NCBI GenBank assembly: GCA_964012805.1
Contig: CAXGUD010000002.1
Coordinates: 1 to 64,000, forward strand
DNA: 64,000 nucleotides
From: an uncultured Bacteriovoracaceae bacterium
Lineage (GTDB): Bacteria > Bdellovibrionota > Bacteriovoracia > Bacteriovoracales > Bacteriovoracaceae
Reading direction: 5' to 3'
Shown: one piece after another, positions 1 to 9,634 of the stretch
How the letters are laid out: every line of letters begins with the position of its first letter
How positions within the stretch are numbered: position 1 is the first letter of the stretch
The notes under the pieces: generated by a model
The model's database searches: none
What the model saw: the letters and a program-made list of their open reading frames with translations, nothing else
Told to the model about the DNA's origin: nothing
Translations under genes and position numbers: made by a program

Positions 1-168
1 TGGAATAAATTAAAGTCTCTGAATGGAATAAGTGATGACCTGAACTGGTTGAGGTCTTCTAACTTTAAAGAAGATGGTGAGATAATCACTAAGCTTTGCG
101 CTCAACTTCTTGAGCGGATGGCCATTTTGAAACAAGAAGCTTATAAACAAGGTTACAACGTACCTTAA
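1..168 (+). CDS. 3' end of a gene entering from the left edge (partial, unknown product)
   Basis: Frame 1 open from base 1 to TAA at 166-168 (WNKLKSLNG...KQGYNVP*); converges on the tail of the protease ORF. Confidence 0.5.
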   Translation, partial: WNKLKSLNGISDDLNWLRSSNFKEDGEIITKLCAQLLERMAILKQEAYKQGYNVP

Positions 169-976
169 GAATATTGTGGTAAAGTCTTTTGATTAATCTT
201 CTTGAAGAAATAATTGAAAACCCTATTATAAAAGCAAAGAACCGAATTATAAGAGTTTTTTTAGTCTGTGAATTTTTTTTATTCCCATCATAAGGTTCAG
301 GCAATTTAGAAATAGAGCCACAGTTACCTCCAAGGCCGTTAAAGGTTGAGTCATGAGGGTAAAGGTAAGTTATAGCGTCAGCATCATCTTGGCTTAAATA
401 ATTGTAAACGGCACCGGAAGCATAGAACATGAGAGCAAAGTCTTTTTCACTATGGCCTATACCTAGGGCGTGACCTATTTCATGGGCCAGGGTGGCCACT
501 TTATCCCTTCTGGATAAGCTGGGAAAAGGACTTCCAGAGTGGTCATTAAGTGCAACATAGCCTTTTAAGTTACCAGAGGTGTAGCTATAGCCCCCAACTG
601 CAATAGTTGAAGTTGAGTAAATAATACTATCAGTGGAACACCCAATAACTATATTGTTGTTAGCTGCGGAAATGAAGTCTGCTATATCTTTGCCACCAGC
701 TGAGACTTTACCAGTCACCATTAGGTTGATAGAACTTGTATGAACTGTATTCCAAAAGTCATCGGCGGCTTCTCTTGCGATCTCGATAAGTTCTTCGGTT
801 GATTCGGTTATTGTTGAGCAGGCTTGGTTTCCAACAAGTTTAATTTGAATGTCTCCAGATGGGTAACGCGGAGGAGCGGAAGAACCTAGTAGAACAAATG
901 CATTTGTGGAGGTCATTGTTAATCCAAGAAGACCTAGGACGGTTATATTTTTTAATACTTTGCCCAAGCTAATCAT
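89..976 (-). CDS. Matrixin-like (M10/metzincin) zinc metalloprotease, exported, with C-terminal TM segment
   Basis: HEIGHALGIGH zinc motif, Met-turn ALMFY, signal peptide, hydrophobic C-terminal stretch. Confidence 0.85.
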   Translation of the reverse strand: MISLGKVLKNITVLGLLGLTMTSTNAFVLLGSSAPPRYPSGDIQIKLVGNQACSTITESTEELIEIAREAADDFWNTVHTSSINLMVTGKVSAGGKDIADFISAANNNIVIGCSTDSIIYSTSTIAVGGYSYTSGNLKGYVALNDHSGSPFPSLSRRDKVATLAHEIGHALGIGHSEKDFALMFYASGAVYNYLSQDDADAITYLYPHDSTFNGLGGNCGSISKLPEPYDGNKKNSQTKKTLIIRFFAFIIGFSIISSRRLIKRLYHNILKVRCNLVYKLLVSKWPSAQEVERKA

Positions 977-1610
977 AGAAGACTCCTTTTTTTGGGATAA
1001 AGAGCATATTGACAGAAACTCCTAAGGCGCGTTTTTTGGAGTTTAAAGGGCTAAAAGTAAATGTTTCAAAGCGGATTAAGGGCCTGTATTTTCTGGATTC
1101 GAGAGGGAGGCCTCTATAGGTTAGCTCGTATTCGATACCCAGGTTAATGGAACTTGTGTAGCTGAAAACCGTACTTATAGGTCTATAGAAGGTTGCGTAA
1201 GATGAGCCATTATTTTGAAGTTTACTACCACCCATGCCTCCAACCCTATCTATGAAAGTTCCTACTCCATAGCGGAGGAATGTATTTCTTTTGAATTCCC
1301 AAGCAAGGCTATAGAGAATGTAGGTTGTACTTCTAAAATACTCATCGTCCATTTCGCTTGACTCAAAAATAAGGCCTACCTCTGGACGGAAAAAGTGGTT
1401 CTTAAGATATTTAAACTTTAGGGGTATTTTAAGGTGTCCTCCCAGCATAAAGTTAAGGTCCAGGAAGTTTGTCGTCCCATATGAGTCAACCTGGTATTTA
1501 AGGAGCGCTGGGGTGAATGAACCAAAGCTAACATAAGCTTTAACTTCCTTTAGATAAAAAGGAAGAAAAGCCACAAGGAGTGAAAAAAAGGAAACCTTTA
1601 TAAACCTCAA
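969..1610 (-). CDS. Exported hypothetical protein, probable small outer-membrane beta-barrel
   Basis: Signal peptide, alternating aromatic/Gly beta-strand pattern; overlaps protease start by 8 bp. Confidence 0.55.
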   Translation of the reverse strand: MRFIKVSFFSLLVAFLPFYLKEVKAYVSFGSFTPALLKYQVDSYGTTNFLDLNFMLGGHLKIPLKFKYLKNHFFRPEVGLIFESSEMDDEYFRSTTYILYSLAWEFKRNTFLRYGVGTFIDRVGGMGGSKLQNNGSSYATFYRPISTVFSYTSSINLGIEYELTYRGLPLESRKYRPLIRFETFTFSPLNSKKRALGVSVNMLFIPKKGVFYD

Positions 1611-1642
1611 CCCATGTCATCCTTGATAGGGAAAGGAAACTC

Positions 1643-3415
1643 TTACCTTTTGATCCTTTCACCGTCATCTTCTTTTAGAAAAATCCAACTCACGATATTT
1701 CCTAAGCTTTGATGACGGTCTGCCCTTTCCCAAAAAGTTGGGTTTCTAACAAAAACAGAGCCAGTGTGATCCTTTATTTTTTCAGTTTCCTCTCTCATCG
1801 TTTGGAAACGCTTTATCCACTTGGCCATATTTGATATTCTAAGGTCAACCCATCCTTGTTGGCAATATAGGTTAAGATCACTTTGATTTAGTTCCCTGTC
1901 TTCTGGTATGTCCCATTTGCTTGGTATTACAAGTCGGGGGCCTCTAAGAACTTTCTCACTTGGCAGAACAATAGCAATTCCAACGGAAAGAATCGTCGAG
2001 CGTAAACTTTCATTTTCCAGAATTTGTCTTTCCAAATCTTTTGATAATTCCTCAGGGGAAGGTAGGTCACCATCAAACAGTTTTGCAAATGGTCCTGATC
2101 TAATCATAAAAACTTCAAACAGAAGCTTGGTGAGCCTTGGAGGTCCCAAGTTTTCAAATGCAATGCTTGGAACTCCATGCTCCTTTTCGAGAAGTCTCAA
2201 GCGCTCTAGGGCCCGAGAACGGAGAAAACCTGCTCGATATGTAGGTCCTAAGACTGTTGAATCGAGAGCACTAACAATATCGGACCCACTATTTCCACCC
2301 AGAATTTCCTGCTCTACATCCACCGCAATTTCTTCTGGTGTAATAAACTCCATTTGCCCTTCATCTGTAATAGCTTCAAACTCACCTTTGGAAAATATGC
2401 CATTTTCACCTGTATCAATGTAGGGTGCTTTTAGATAAGTCGTATCCCCATCTTTCGTAATAGGTTTCCAAGCTTTTGCCGATTCTTTTAGAGAAACGTG
2501 AAAATCTAAAGCTTCATCTGGTGTATGGTCAAAAAGAGGAACCAGTTGTCCCCTATGCTTGACAGGGCCAAAGTCAATCTTCTTCCATGCAATGGCTGCC
2601 GCCGGCTTAATTTCTTTTATGATTGGAGCTCTTGGTTTTATATTACGGTCACCTCCCCAAAGCTTCTCTTCATCTATAGCATCTGGTGCAGTTCTACCTA
2701 GAAGAAAAAGGAGCATGCTGTGGGCGCCGGCCATAGCTGACTTTGCAAGGAGAACTCGGGATGGTTTATCTTCCGAGTGAGTGTAAGGAATATTGAGGCC
2801 CATTCCACCTGTTCCAGTGGTTCCAATTTTAAGGTATGTTTTTACCTTAGCATCGTTAAGTGCCCGCCATAAGATCTGAACGTGTCTTATTAGTTGAGGC
2901 GTATATTGATTTGCGAGAAGGACCTCCATGTGCTTTTCAATTTCTTTGGAAGCATTGTTTGATACCTGCTCTTTCATCATCTGATAAAGGCTTCTTGATT
3001 GCTCAAAAATATCCTGGTAAGCCAGGGCCGTTGCCGTGTTGATACAGTCTACTATAATGTGTGGAGTTGTTTCTTGAATAAGTTTATAAAGTGAGTTTGA
3101 GAGGCAGATGCTGTCGTCGAGGGGGTCCAATGTGTCGTCAATGAGTTTTTTTCTTCTCTCATCGTTATCCAAAATATCTGCACGGCCTAGAACTCTAAAC
3201 TCTTCTCTTACGAACACATTCCCGTGGGAACCAAGGATTTCTGTGTCACCGCTTATCGGTTTTAATTCGGTAATGGCCTGCTCTACTTCATTTTCAAAAA
3301 GTGATGTAATAATGATTGTCTTAGGACGGTGGTGCTTAAGTAAACGCCTGGTTATTGCCATCCCAACAAGTCCCGCACCGCCTAAAAGGAGTATGCGTGA
3401 TCCGCTTATATCCAT
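1643..3415 (-). CDS. Large NAD(P)-binding Rossmann-fold oxidoreductase (SDR/epimerase-like), substrate unknown
   Basis: N-terminal ILLLGGAGLVG dinucleotide-binding motif; 590 aa; GTTGTGGMG motif. Confidence 0.7.
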   Translation of the reverse strand: MDISGSRILLLGGAGLVGMAITRRLLKHHRPKTIIITSLFENEVEQAITELKPISGDTEILGSHGNVFVREEFRVLGRADILDNDERRKKLIDDTLDPLDDSICLSNSLYKLIQETTPHIIVDCINTATALAYQDIFEQSRSLYQMMKEQVSNNASKEIEKHMEVLLANQYTPQLIRHVQILWRALNDAKVKTYLKIGTTGTGGMGLNIPYTHSEDKPSRVLLAKSAMAGAHSMLLFLLGRTAPDAIDEEKLWGGDRNIKPRAPIIKEIKPAAAIAWKKIDFGPVKHRGQLVPLFDHTPDEALDFHVSLKESAKAWKPITKDGDTTYLKAPYIDTGENGIFSKGEFEAITDEGQMEFITPEEIAVDVEQEILGGNSGSDIVSALDSTVLGPTYRAGFLRSRALERLRLLEKEHGVPSIAFENLGPPRLTKLLFEVFMIRSGPFAKLFDGDLPSPEELSKDLERQILENESLRSTILSVGIAIVLPSEKVLRGPRLVIPSKWDIPEDRELNQSDLNLYCQQGWVDLRISNMAKWIKRFQTMREETEKIKDHTGSVFVRNPTFWERADRHQSLGNIVSWIFLKEDDGERIKR

Positions 3416-3518
3416 AAATAACTCCCTAGAACAAAGTTACTCTATATGTTAGTCGCGTTAATTGATGGAACATTGTTTCTTCTAAAAGGGCGGTTGTCAA
3501 ATCCCATCGCACCTCAAC

Positions 3519-4556
3519 TCACTGGGTGAGACCCATTTCTCTATGAACACCATGCAATGTTGCCTTATCAATATAGGTCTGGGTTATTTTAGCATCAGAA
3601 TGGTTTAGGTAATCCCTAACAAGGAGGAGGTCTTGATGTTTTATATATAGGTTTGTGGCACAAGCTTTTCTAAAACTGTGAGGTGTTAAACCATCGCGGC
3701 AACCTGCTTGAACTAAAAGCCTCATTATAAGGTTATACATTGTTTTTGTTGAAACTTGATTTCCCTGCTTATTGGTGAAAATAAAATCAGATTCTACTTC
3801 TCTTTGGAGGAGATGGTAGTCTAAATTATAAAAGATATCATGTGCCTTTTGGACAATAAGTGTGTGAACATATCCTCCTTTTCTAATAAACTTGATTGTT
3901 TTGTTTTTTGTATCGAAGTCAGAGACTTTGAGGTTTGAAAGTTCACTTAAACGGAGACCACCCCAATAGAGAAGGTGGATGATGAGTCTTTCTTTTGGTT
4001 TTATTACCATTTTTTCAAGCTTGTCCCAATCGTCCCTTCTTAAGTTTTTTGTTGGAGTCACATCCATTTCTTTGAGTTTTATGGCATGAATTTTTGATTT
4101 GACTGGATTTTTTGAAAAGAGTTTTCCCTTGTCTTCATGACTTTGTTTAAGAAATTCAAAAAAGTTTTTAACGGCGGAAATATGCCTTCTCCTGGACCCA
4201 ACTGCCAATGGTCTCTGCTCAAAAAGTAGCCTGGTAGGAAGAGAAGTATTGGCTGTTGGGTTCTTTCTTTTAAAAAGTGAAAGAAATGTTTTTTTAAAAT
4301 GACCGAGAAACTTCTCTTTTCCAGAAAGAGAGCTGTAAACTCTTCCTCCCTTAGACAAAAAATCTTTGTATTGGCCTATCGTCTCACCTTTTGCCTTTGA
4401 GATGTTTGCTCTATGATGTGACTCGTACCAAGTTAAAAACTTGAGAAGGTCTGCACGATAATTTTTTATGGTGTGTTCAGATTTGTTTAGTTGCCTACAG
4501 TTTTCTATATACATGTCAAGCCATTTGAGATGGTCCTTTTTCACCTTTAACTCCAA
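3519..4556 (-). CDS. Tyrosine recombinase, Xer-like
   Basis: SEHTIKNYRADL N-terminal motif; catalytic R (GLRLSEL), K (RKGG), HxxR (HSFRK), H (LNHS), Y (TQTY). Confidence 0.92.
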   Translation of the reverse strand: MELKVKKDHLKWLDMYIENCRQLNKSEHTIKNYRADLLKFLTWYESHHRANISKAKGETIGQYKDFLSKGGRVYSSLSGKEKFLGHFKKTFLSLFKRKNPTANTSLPTRLLFEQRPLAVGSRRRHISAVKNFFEFLKQSHEDKGKLFSKNPVKSKIHAIKLKEMDVTPTKNLRRDDWDKLEKMVIKPKERLIIHLLYWGGLRLSELSNLKVSDFDTKNKTIKFIRKGGYVHTLIVQKAHDIFYNLDYHLLQREVESDFIFTNKQGNQVSTKTMYNLIMRLLVQAGCRDGLTPHSFRKACATNLYIKHQDLLLVRDYLNHSDAKITQTYIDKATLHGVHREMGLTQ

Positions 4557-4561
4557 AGAAG

Positions 4562-4589
4562 TAAGTCTCTCTCTTAATATTGCCGAATT
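4562..4589 (+). promoter_or_regulatory. Putative sigma28 (FliA) promoter for the DNase gene
   Basis: TAAG-N16-GCCGAATT versus consensus TAAA-N15-GCCGATAA. Confidence 0.4.
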
Positions 4590-4686
4590 ATAACTAAAAA
4601 GAAGAAAATAAACTATTTTAAAGCTATTTTAAAATTATTTAAAAACTAACATGATAGAAAAGAAGAAAGAGGATATTATTGAATAA

Positions 4687-5640
4687 ATGATTTTAAATCA
4701 AAAAAAAGTTTTCGATCTTTTTAGAACACTTTTGTTTTCCTTTAGACTGGGGAGGAGTCTCCTACATTCTGTCACCTCTATTTTTTTCCTCCTCTTTTTA
4801 ACTTCTTTAGACTTATACTCGAAGGACTTTGCGAACCTCACTCCTGCTCCCATTAAAGATATTAAAATCGCGGCTTTTAATACAAAGACATTTGGAAGCA
4901 AAAAAATTAAAAATGAGAAAGTATTTGATTATTTTGTTCGACTAATAAAAAGATACGACGTTATTTTTCTTCAAGAAATAAGAAATAAAAATTTGAGTGC
5001 TGTCCACAAGCTGTATGCTGCTTTAAATAAGAGGTCGAAGGAATATGATTACAGAATAACGCGGCCTCTCGGGAGAAGTTCTTATAAAGAGCAGTATGCT
5101 TACTTTTACAAGAAAAGAGTTTTTGAAGAAGTCAACATATCAGAGACTGTCATTTATCCTGATGAATATGACGATTTCGAGCGTGAACCTTTTCTTATTT
5201 ATTTAAAACTTAGAAAAAGGAATATTGACTTTTTTTTGGTCGGTGTTCATGTAAAGCCTAGTGATGTTGTTAGAGAAGTAAGAAGAATAAAAGATGTATA
5301 CCACTTTGGAGAGTCTTATTTTAACGACTCTGACGCTATTATTTTGGGCGACTTGAATGCAGATTGCAGCTATATAAGTGACGAAGACCTGGATAATGCC
5401 TTTTTTAACCGAAGTGATTTTTTTGACAACCTCATAGACAGAGATGAGGATACGACAACAAGAAGTTCCACCCACTGCGCATATGATAAAATTATAACGA
5501 CCCAAACGTTATCAAGCTTTGTCAGAGAGAAAAAGGCCGAAGTCTTTAATATAAGAAAAGAGTGGAACCTTACAGAAGCAAAGGCTTTGCAAATCAGTGA
5601 TCATTTTCCTGTGCAGGTTGAATTAAAGTTAACGAAATAG
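4687..5640 (+). CDS. Secreted DNase I-like endonuclease (EEP superfamily)
   Basis: IAAFNTKTFG, LQEIR, LGRSSYKEQY, FEREPF, GDLNADCSY, THCAYDKI, ISDHFPV motifs; hydrophobic N-terminus. Confidence 0.92.
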   Translation: MILNQKKVFDLFRTLLFSFRLGRSLLHSVTSIFFLLFLTSLDLYSKDFANLTPAPIKDIKIAAFNTKTFGSKKIKNEKVFDYFVRLIKRYDVIFLQEIRNKNLSAVHKLYAALNKRSKEYDYRITRPLGRSSYKEQYAYFYKKRVFEEVNISETVIYPDEYDDFEREPFLIYLKLRKRNIDFFLVGVHVKPSDVVREVRRIKDVYHFGESYFNDSDAIILGDLNADCSYISDEDLDNAFFNRSDFFDNLIDRDEDTTTRSSTHCAYDKIITTQTLSSFVREKKAEVFNIRKEWNLTEAKALQISDHFPVQVELKLTK

Positions 5641-8370
5641 GGGGAGATTTATTTTAAACTGAGTACCTTTGTCAACTAAAGAAGTCAGTTTTATTTCTCC
5701 GCCTAATTTCTCTATTTCCTTTTTTACGACTTCCATTCCTACGCCTCGTCCAGAAATTAAAGAAACACTGCTCTTTGTAGAGAAACCTGCAAGAAATATT
5801 AAATTAATAATTTCTAAATCGTTCATTCTTTGTATATCAGCTTCTGATTTAAGTTTTTTTCCAAGAATTTTTTCTTTGATTACTTGGGGGTCAATACCCC
5901 TGCCATCATCTTCTAAAGTGATAAGAAAATCTTCGCTATTCAATTGAAAATGAGCTTTAACTGTACCCTTTCTAGGTTTATCTTTAATCTCCCTTTCTTC
6001 CTCAGATTCTATACCGTGATCAATCATATTTCTAAATATGTGGATCATTGAGTTTACAAAGTCCGAATAACTTTGACTGTTGACTTGGATATTATCTCCA
6101 GAAATAATAAAGTCTAAACTTTTTCCCTGAGACTCGGCAATCTCATCAACAAGGTCTTTGTAGCGGTAAAACTTTTCTTTTAAGTCGGAAAGAATATAAT
6201 TAGTTTTGATGAAGTTTAAAAAATTATTTTGCACATTAAACTCTTTAGCTTTTGTGTAAACTTCTGTTGCTTGAATCGCAGATCCTTCATCAACTAAAAA
6301 CTTATTGGCCGCTTCAACAATAAGCTTATTTTTTTTAACAAAATTATTTAGGTCTATCTCAAATTGGTAAACTTCATTATCAACTGATTGTTTGATTGGT
6401 TTGGCTTTTGAAATTTCTGTTTCAATTTTATTTATAGATAAGGTTAAAGCCTTGAGGCTGAATTGACCCAACCTAGCTTTCAATGTATGAAACTTTCGGT
6501 ATAGCTCACCTTTTTCTTCATTTGATTCAATGATTTTGGAGTCTTTTATATTTTTATATTCTTGAATCAGACCTTCTGAATCAAAAATGAGGTCTACAAA
6601 CTCAAGAGGCCTTTGTAAGGATTTGTTCATAAACCTTATATCTTCCTCATCTTGCTTAAGCTGTCGTTTTAACTCTATTTCTTGAGTTTTATCTGAAGCA
6701 ATTAAAATCAGTCTATCCACTTCACGGTTTGAATTTTCTTTATATATAGGCCTGAATTCAAGCTCGATAAATTTATCTTTGGATCCTTTAAAAAATTTAG
6801 GGGCCAAGGTTTTTAAGTCTTTAAAAGCGAGTTTTGCTTGAAAAACCTTGTTAACCCAGTTTATGAAGGTTTCTTTATCTATATCAACCTTTTTGAAAAG
6901 AACGTCCCAAACCTTTGTTTCTCTCTCCTCCGAGTCTTGAAGGTCTGCCTGTAAAAGATCTTCAGTTACTTTGGTGGCACCTAAATGGATGACACCATGA
7001 CTATTAAAAGTTAAATACCCTTGGTTTAAATTTCCCAGAAGCAGGTCTCGATCCTTTTTTTGTTGATAGGTAATTTCAACCATATGCTCAATATTCATAT
7101 TTTCAATTTCTAGCTGGTAAGTTTTTTTTGCTACTTCATCTTCAAGTGTTTTTGCATAATTGGCTTGAAGAATTTTTGCCTCTTCTTCCCTAATGAGTGA
7201 AACTTCTTGAATGAAGTTAAATCTATCTGCAAGACCCATGGATAGTAAAATCATTTCAAAAGAGTTTCCTATAATAAAAGCGTTCCTGGTAAAGAAGGAG
7301 GAAGGTAAAACTTTAAGGATTTCCAGGGTAATAATCATTACTCCAAGAAGGACAAAGGAAAATGCCAAAATAAAATAGCGAGCAGGTCTATAGTCTTTTG
7401 TTCTAAACAAACCAATAATTAATATCGTAGGGATGGAAACAACCATACTTCCCACCATAAATTTAATACCGATTTCATAGGGAGCAAAGACTGAAAGGAG
7501 AATTATTATTATACCCAAAGTAGGTATGAAGTTTGCAATTTTATATATTTTCGGCCTTGAACTTTTTAAGCTTAGAAAATTAACAGTGAATAAATAAAGG
7601 AAAACTAGAGTGACGCCTGCCATTAGGCAAAAGCCATTGTTACCCATCCATGGTATGTTTTGAAAGAGAAACATCTGGGAGTACCCCTCAAAAGTTCCGA
7701 TAGTAATACCCATAGATGATGCGTATAGGGAGTAAAAGAGGTAACTAAGGCTTTTTGTTGAGATAAAAATAAAAAGATTGTAAATGACAAGAGTTAAAAC
7801 GAGACCAAAAAAGAGCCCATAAATAAAGTTTTCTCTCGTTTTTTCAATCAAGTGAACTTTAAGCCTTTCAACTTTTAGATTAAATTTGTTGGCGACTCCT
7901 TTTACTCTAATAAAATAAGTGGTCTCCTTTTTGGGGTTAATTTCAAAAGCGAGATCTCTTAATTTAATTTTTCTCTTAGAAAATGCAATAGAGTCACCCG
8001 TAAACTTTTCTTTCCACTCATTATTCTCTTTATAATAGAGGTTTATTTTATCTTGAAGAACAAAGTTCTGAAGGAGGTACCATTTGAATTCACTTGATGA
8101 AGTATTATTAATTTTAAGCCTTGCCCAAAAAGACGAATTTGAGAAGCCGAAGTTGATAATCTCTTCTTTGCTTTCTTTAAATTTCGATGACCACTGTGGG
8201 TTACTAACATCATGAATAGTAAGTTTATTAGTTTTATCTTCTAGAATGTCGAGGAACATTCCTACTGAATAGGAGTCTTTTCCATCTTTTAATATAAGTT
8301 CCCGAGAGCTTCCATTAGAGCTAAATAACGATATAAAAAGAAAAATAAAGGTAAGAGCTAGTTTTTTCAT
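5629..8370 (-). CDS. Membrane sensor kinase: 7TM-DISM extracellular + 7TM, PAS-like, HPt, CheA-type HATPase, no CheW domain
   Basis: NFGFSNSSFW and YGLFFG 7TM-DISM pattern; YRKFHTLKA HPt; HIFRNMIDHGIE, DDGRGID, SGRGVGM; ends right after the ATPase. Confidence 0.88.
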   Translation of the reverse strand: MKKLALTFIFLFISLFSSNGSSRELILKDGKDSYSVGMFLDILEDKTNKLTIHDVSNPQWSSKFKESKEEIINFGFSNSSFWARLKINNTSSSEFKWYLLQNFVLQDKINLYYKENNEWKEKFTGDSIAFSKRKIKLRDLAFEINPKKETTYFIRVKGVANKFNLKVERLKVHLIEKTRENFIYGLFFGLVLTLVIYNLFIFISTKSLSYLFYSLYASSMGITIGTFEGYSQMFLFQNIPWMGNNGFCLMAGVTLVFLYLFTVNFLSLKSSRPKIYKIANFIPTLGIIIILLSVFAPYEIGIKFMVGSMVVSIPTILIIGLFRTKDYRPARYFILAFSFVLLGVMIITLEILKVLPSSFFTRNAFIIGNSFEMILLSMGLADRFNFIQEVSLIREEEAKILQANYAKTLEDEVAKKTYQLEIENMNIEHMVEITYQQKKDRDLLLGNLNQGYLTFNSHGVIHLGATKVTEDLLQADLQDSEERETKVWDVLFKKVDIDKETFINWVNKVFQAKLAFKDLKTLAPKFFKGSKDKFIELEFRPIYKENSNREVDRLILIASDKTQEIELKRQLKQDEEDIRFMNKSLQRPLEFVDLIFDSEGLIQEYKNIKDSKIIESNEEKGELYRKFHTLKARLGQFSLKALTLSINKIETEISKAKPIKQSVDNEVYQFEIDLNNFVKKNKLIVEAANKFLVDEGSAIQATEVYTKAKEFNVQNNFLNFIKTNYILSDLKEKFYRYKDLVDEIAESQGKSLDFIISGDNIQVNSQSYSDFVNSMIHIFRNMIDHGIESEEEREIKDKPRKGTVKAHFQLNSEDFLITLEDDGRGIDPQVIKEKILGKKLKSEADIQRMNDLEIINLIFLAGFSTKSSVSLISGRGVGMEVVKKEIEKLGGEIKLTSLVDKGTQFKINLPLFR

Positions 8371-8405
8371 TTATTTATCAATAATTGAGTATTTCCTCTA
8401 TAGTC

Positions 8406-8433
8406 TTTTCGGGCTTAATACCAATTAGATTGA
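8406..8433 (-). promoter_or_regulatory. Putative sigma28 promoter
   Basis: Minus strand TCAA-N16-CCCGAAAA, 35 bp upstream of the kinase start. Confidence 0.5.
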
Positions 8434-8503
8434 TGAATGTTTGAAAAATTGACCATGAATTTTTAACCAAACATGAAAGTTTATTTAGGTCACTTTTAAT
8501 GAT

Positions 8504-9445
8504 TTAAACAAACCCCTCTGGGACTATGAGAGGAAGGACTTGTTTAATGCACTTCGCTTCAAAAGGCAGAGGAGGGCCCTCTTCGCCGTCGTATTCTGAA
8601 AGAATATGATCTGTTGTTGAGGTCTTTAAAAAACTTGTATTAAATAGTTGGATAAGGTTTCCATCAATATGTTTGCCAAGATATACTGAGAAAAACTTTT
8701 TAACGAGGTCTCTTTTTCTACCATCCCTGACTAAAATGGTTTGAAAACAACCGCTTTGTAAATCGGCTTCTGGCGCTAGTTTCATTCCTGCAGCAAAGTA
8801 TTTTCCGTTTGCTAAAGCAACTACAACCATTGGACCTTCATAAAGAGCTTTATCTTCTGTCGAAAGCTCAACGGTTTGGGGTTTGTATTTAAAAAGTGAT
8901 TGGATACTCTTGGAAAAGTATGAAAACTTTGATTTTTTATGGCCTTTTTCATTGATCAAAGTAGCGGAGAAGCCAGATAAACCAAAAGAGAAGGCGTTTA
9001 AGAAGTACCGCTCCGCTATTTCCCCCTTTAAAAACTTAATATATCCAACATCACAGAGGATATTTTGACCATCATTTAAGATTTGAAGTGATTGCCGGGG
9101 ATTTTTTGGGATTTTCAAAGTTCTAGAGAAGTCACAACCAGTTCCTAAAGGAAACAGACCAAATAAACAATCACTCCTTTTAAGTTTATGATCCTTGTCA
9201 AAAAATGATTGGATAATTTCGTTGTTGGTGCCATCTCCTCCTACTGATATTATTTTTTTTATGTTGTGGTTCTCTAATAAACTCTTAGAATATGCTGTCG
9301 CATCACCAGGTCCATTCGTCATCAAAGTTTGAGAGTGAGGAAAGAACTCTTTTACTAAAGGTCGTATTTTTTGCCAATCTCTTAACGCTTTCCCACCATT
9401 TGAGCATGGGTTAATTATAAAAGCTGTATCAGGCATTTTTTTCAA
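8504..9445 (-). CDS. Diacylglycerol kinase family lipid kinase (YegS/DagK-like)
   Basis: IINPCS, GGDGT, PLGTGCDF, ANGKYF, DGE motifs. Confidence 0.9.
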   Translation of the reverse strand: MKKMPDTAFIINPCSNGGKALRDWQKIRPLVKEFFPHSQTLMTNGPGDATAYSKSLLENHNIKKIISVGGDGTNNEIIQSFFDKDHKLKRSDCLFGLFPLGTGCDFSRTLKIPKNPRQSLQILNDGQNILCDVGYIKFLKGEIAERYFLNAFSFGLSGFSATLINEKGHKKSKFSYFSKSIQSLFKYKPQTVELSTEDKALYEGPMVVVALANGKYFAAGMKLAPEADLQSGCFQTILVRDGRKRDLVKKFFSVYLGKHIDGNLIQLFNTSFLKTSTTDHILSEYDGEEGPPLPFEAKCIKQVLPLIVPEGFV

Positions 9446-9634
9446 AGTATCGACCTTTTTAATAAAACTAAAGAAGGTTTTTCAAAGTGATAATAAAGAT
9501 AAATTGTGTAACTGATTTATCAATGAAAAAACCTTTTACTTAGAAATTATTCTTTATATTTTAATTAACTTAGACTACGTTTATTTCATAAAAAATACTT
9601 ATAGTGAACCTGAACCTGTTGAATTGGGAAAATT

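Noticed and set aside
4571..4598. dif-like site immediately upstream of the recombinase
   Set aside because: Only one arm (TTTAGTTATAA on -) fits; the other lacks TTAT. The GCCGAATT is better read as a sigma28 -10 box
3519..8370. Prophage, integron or genomic island around the recombinase
   Set aside because: No phage genes, tRNA, flanking direct repeats or attC-like arrays seen; no IntI-type insertion in the catalytic domain
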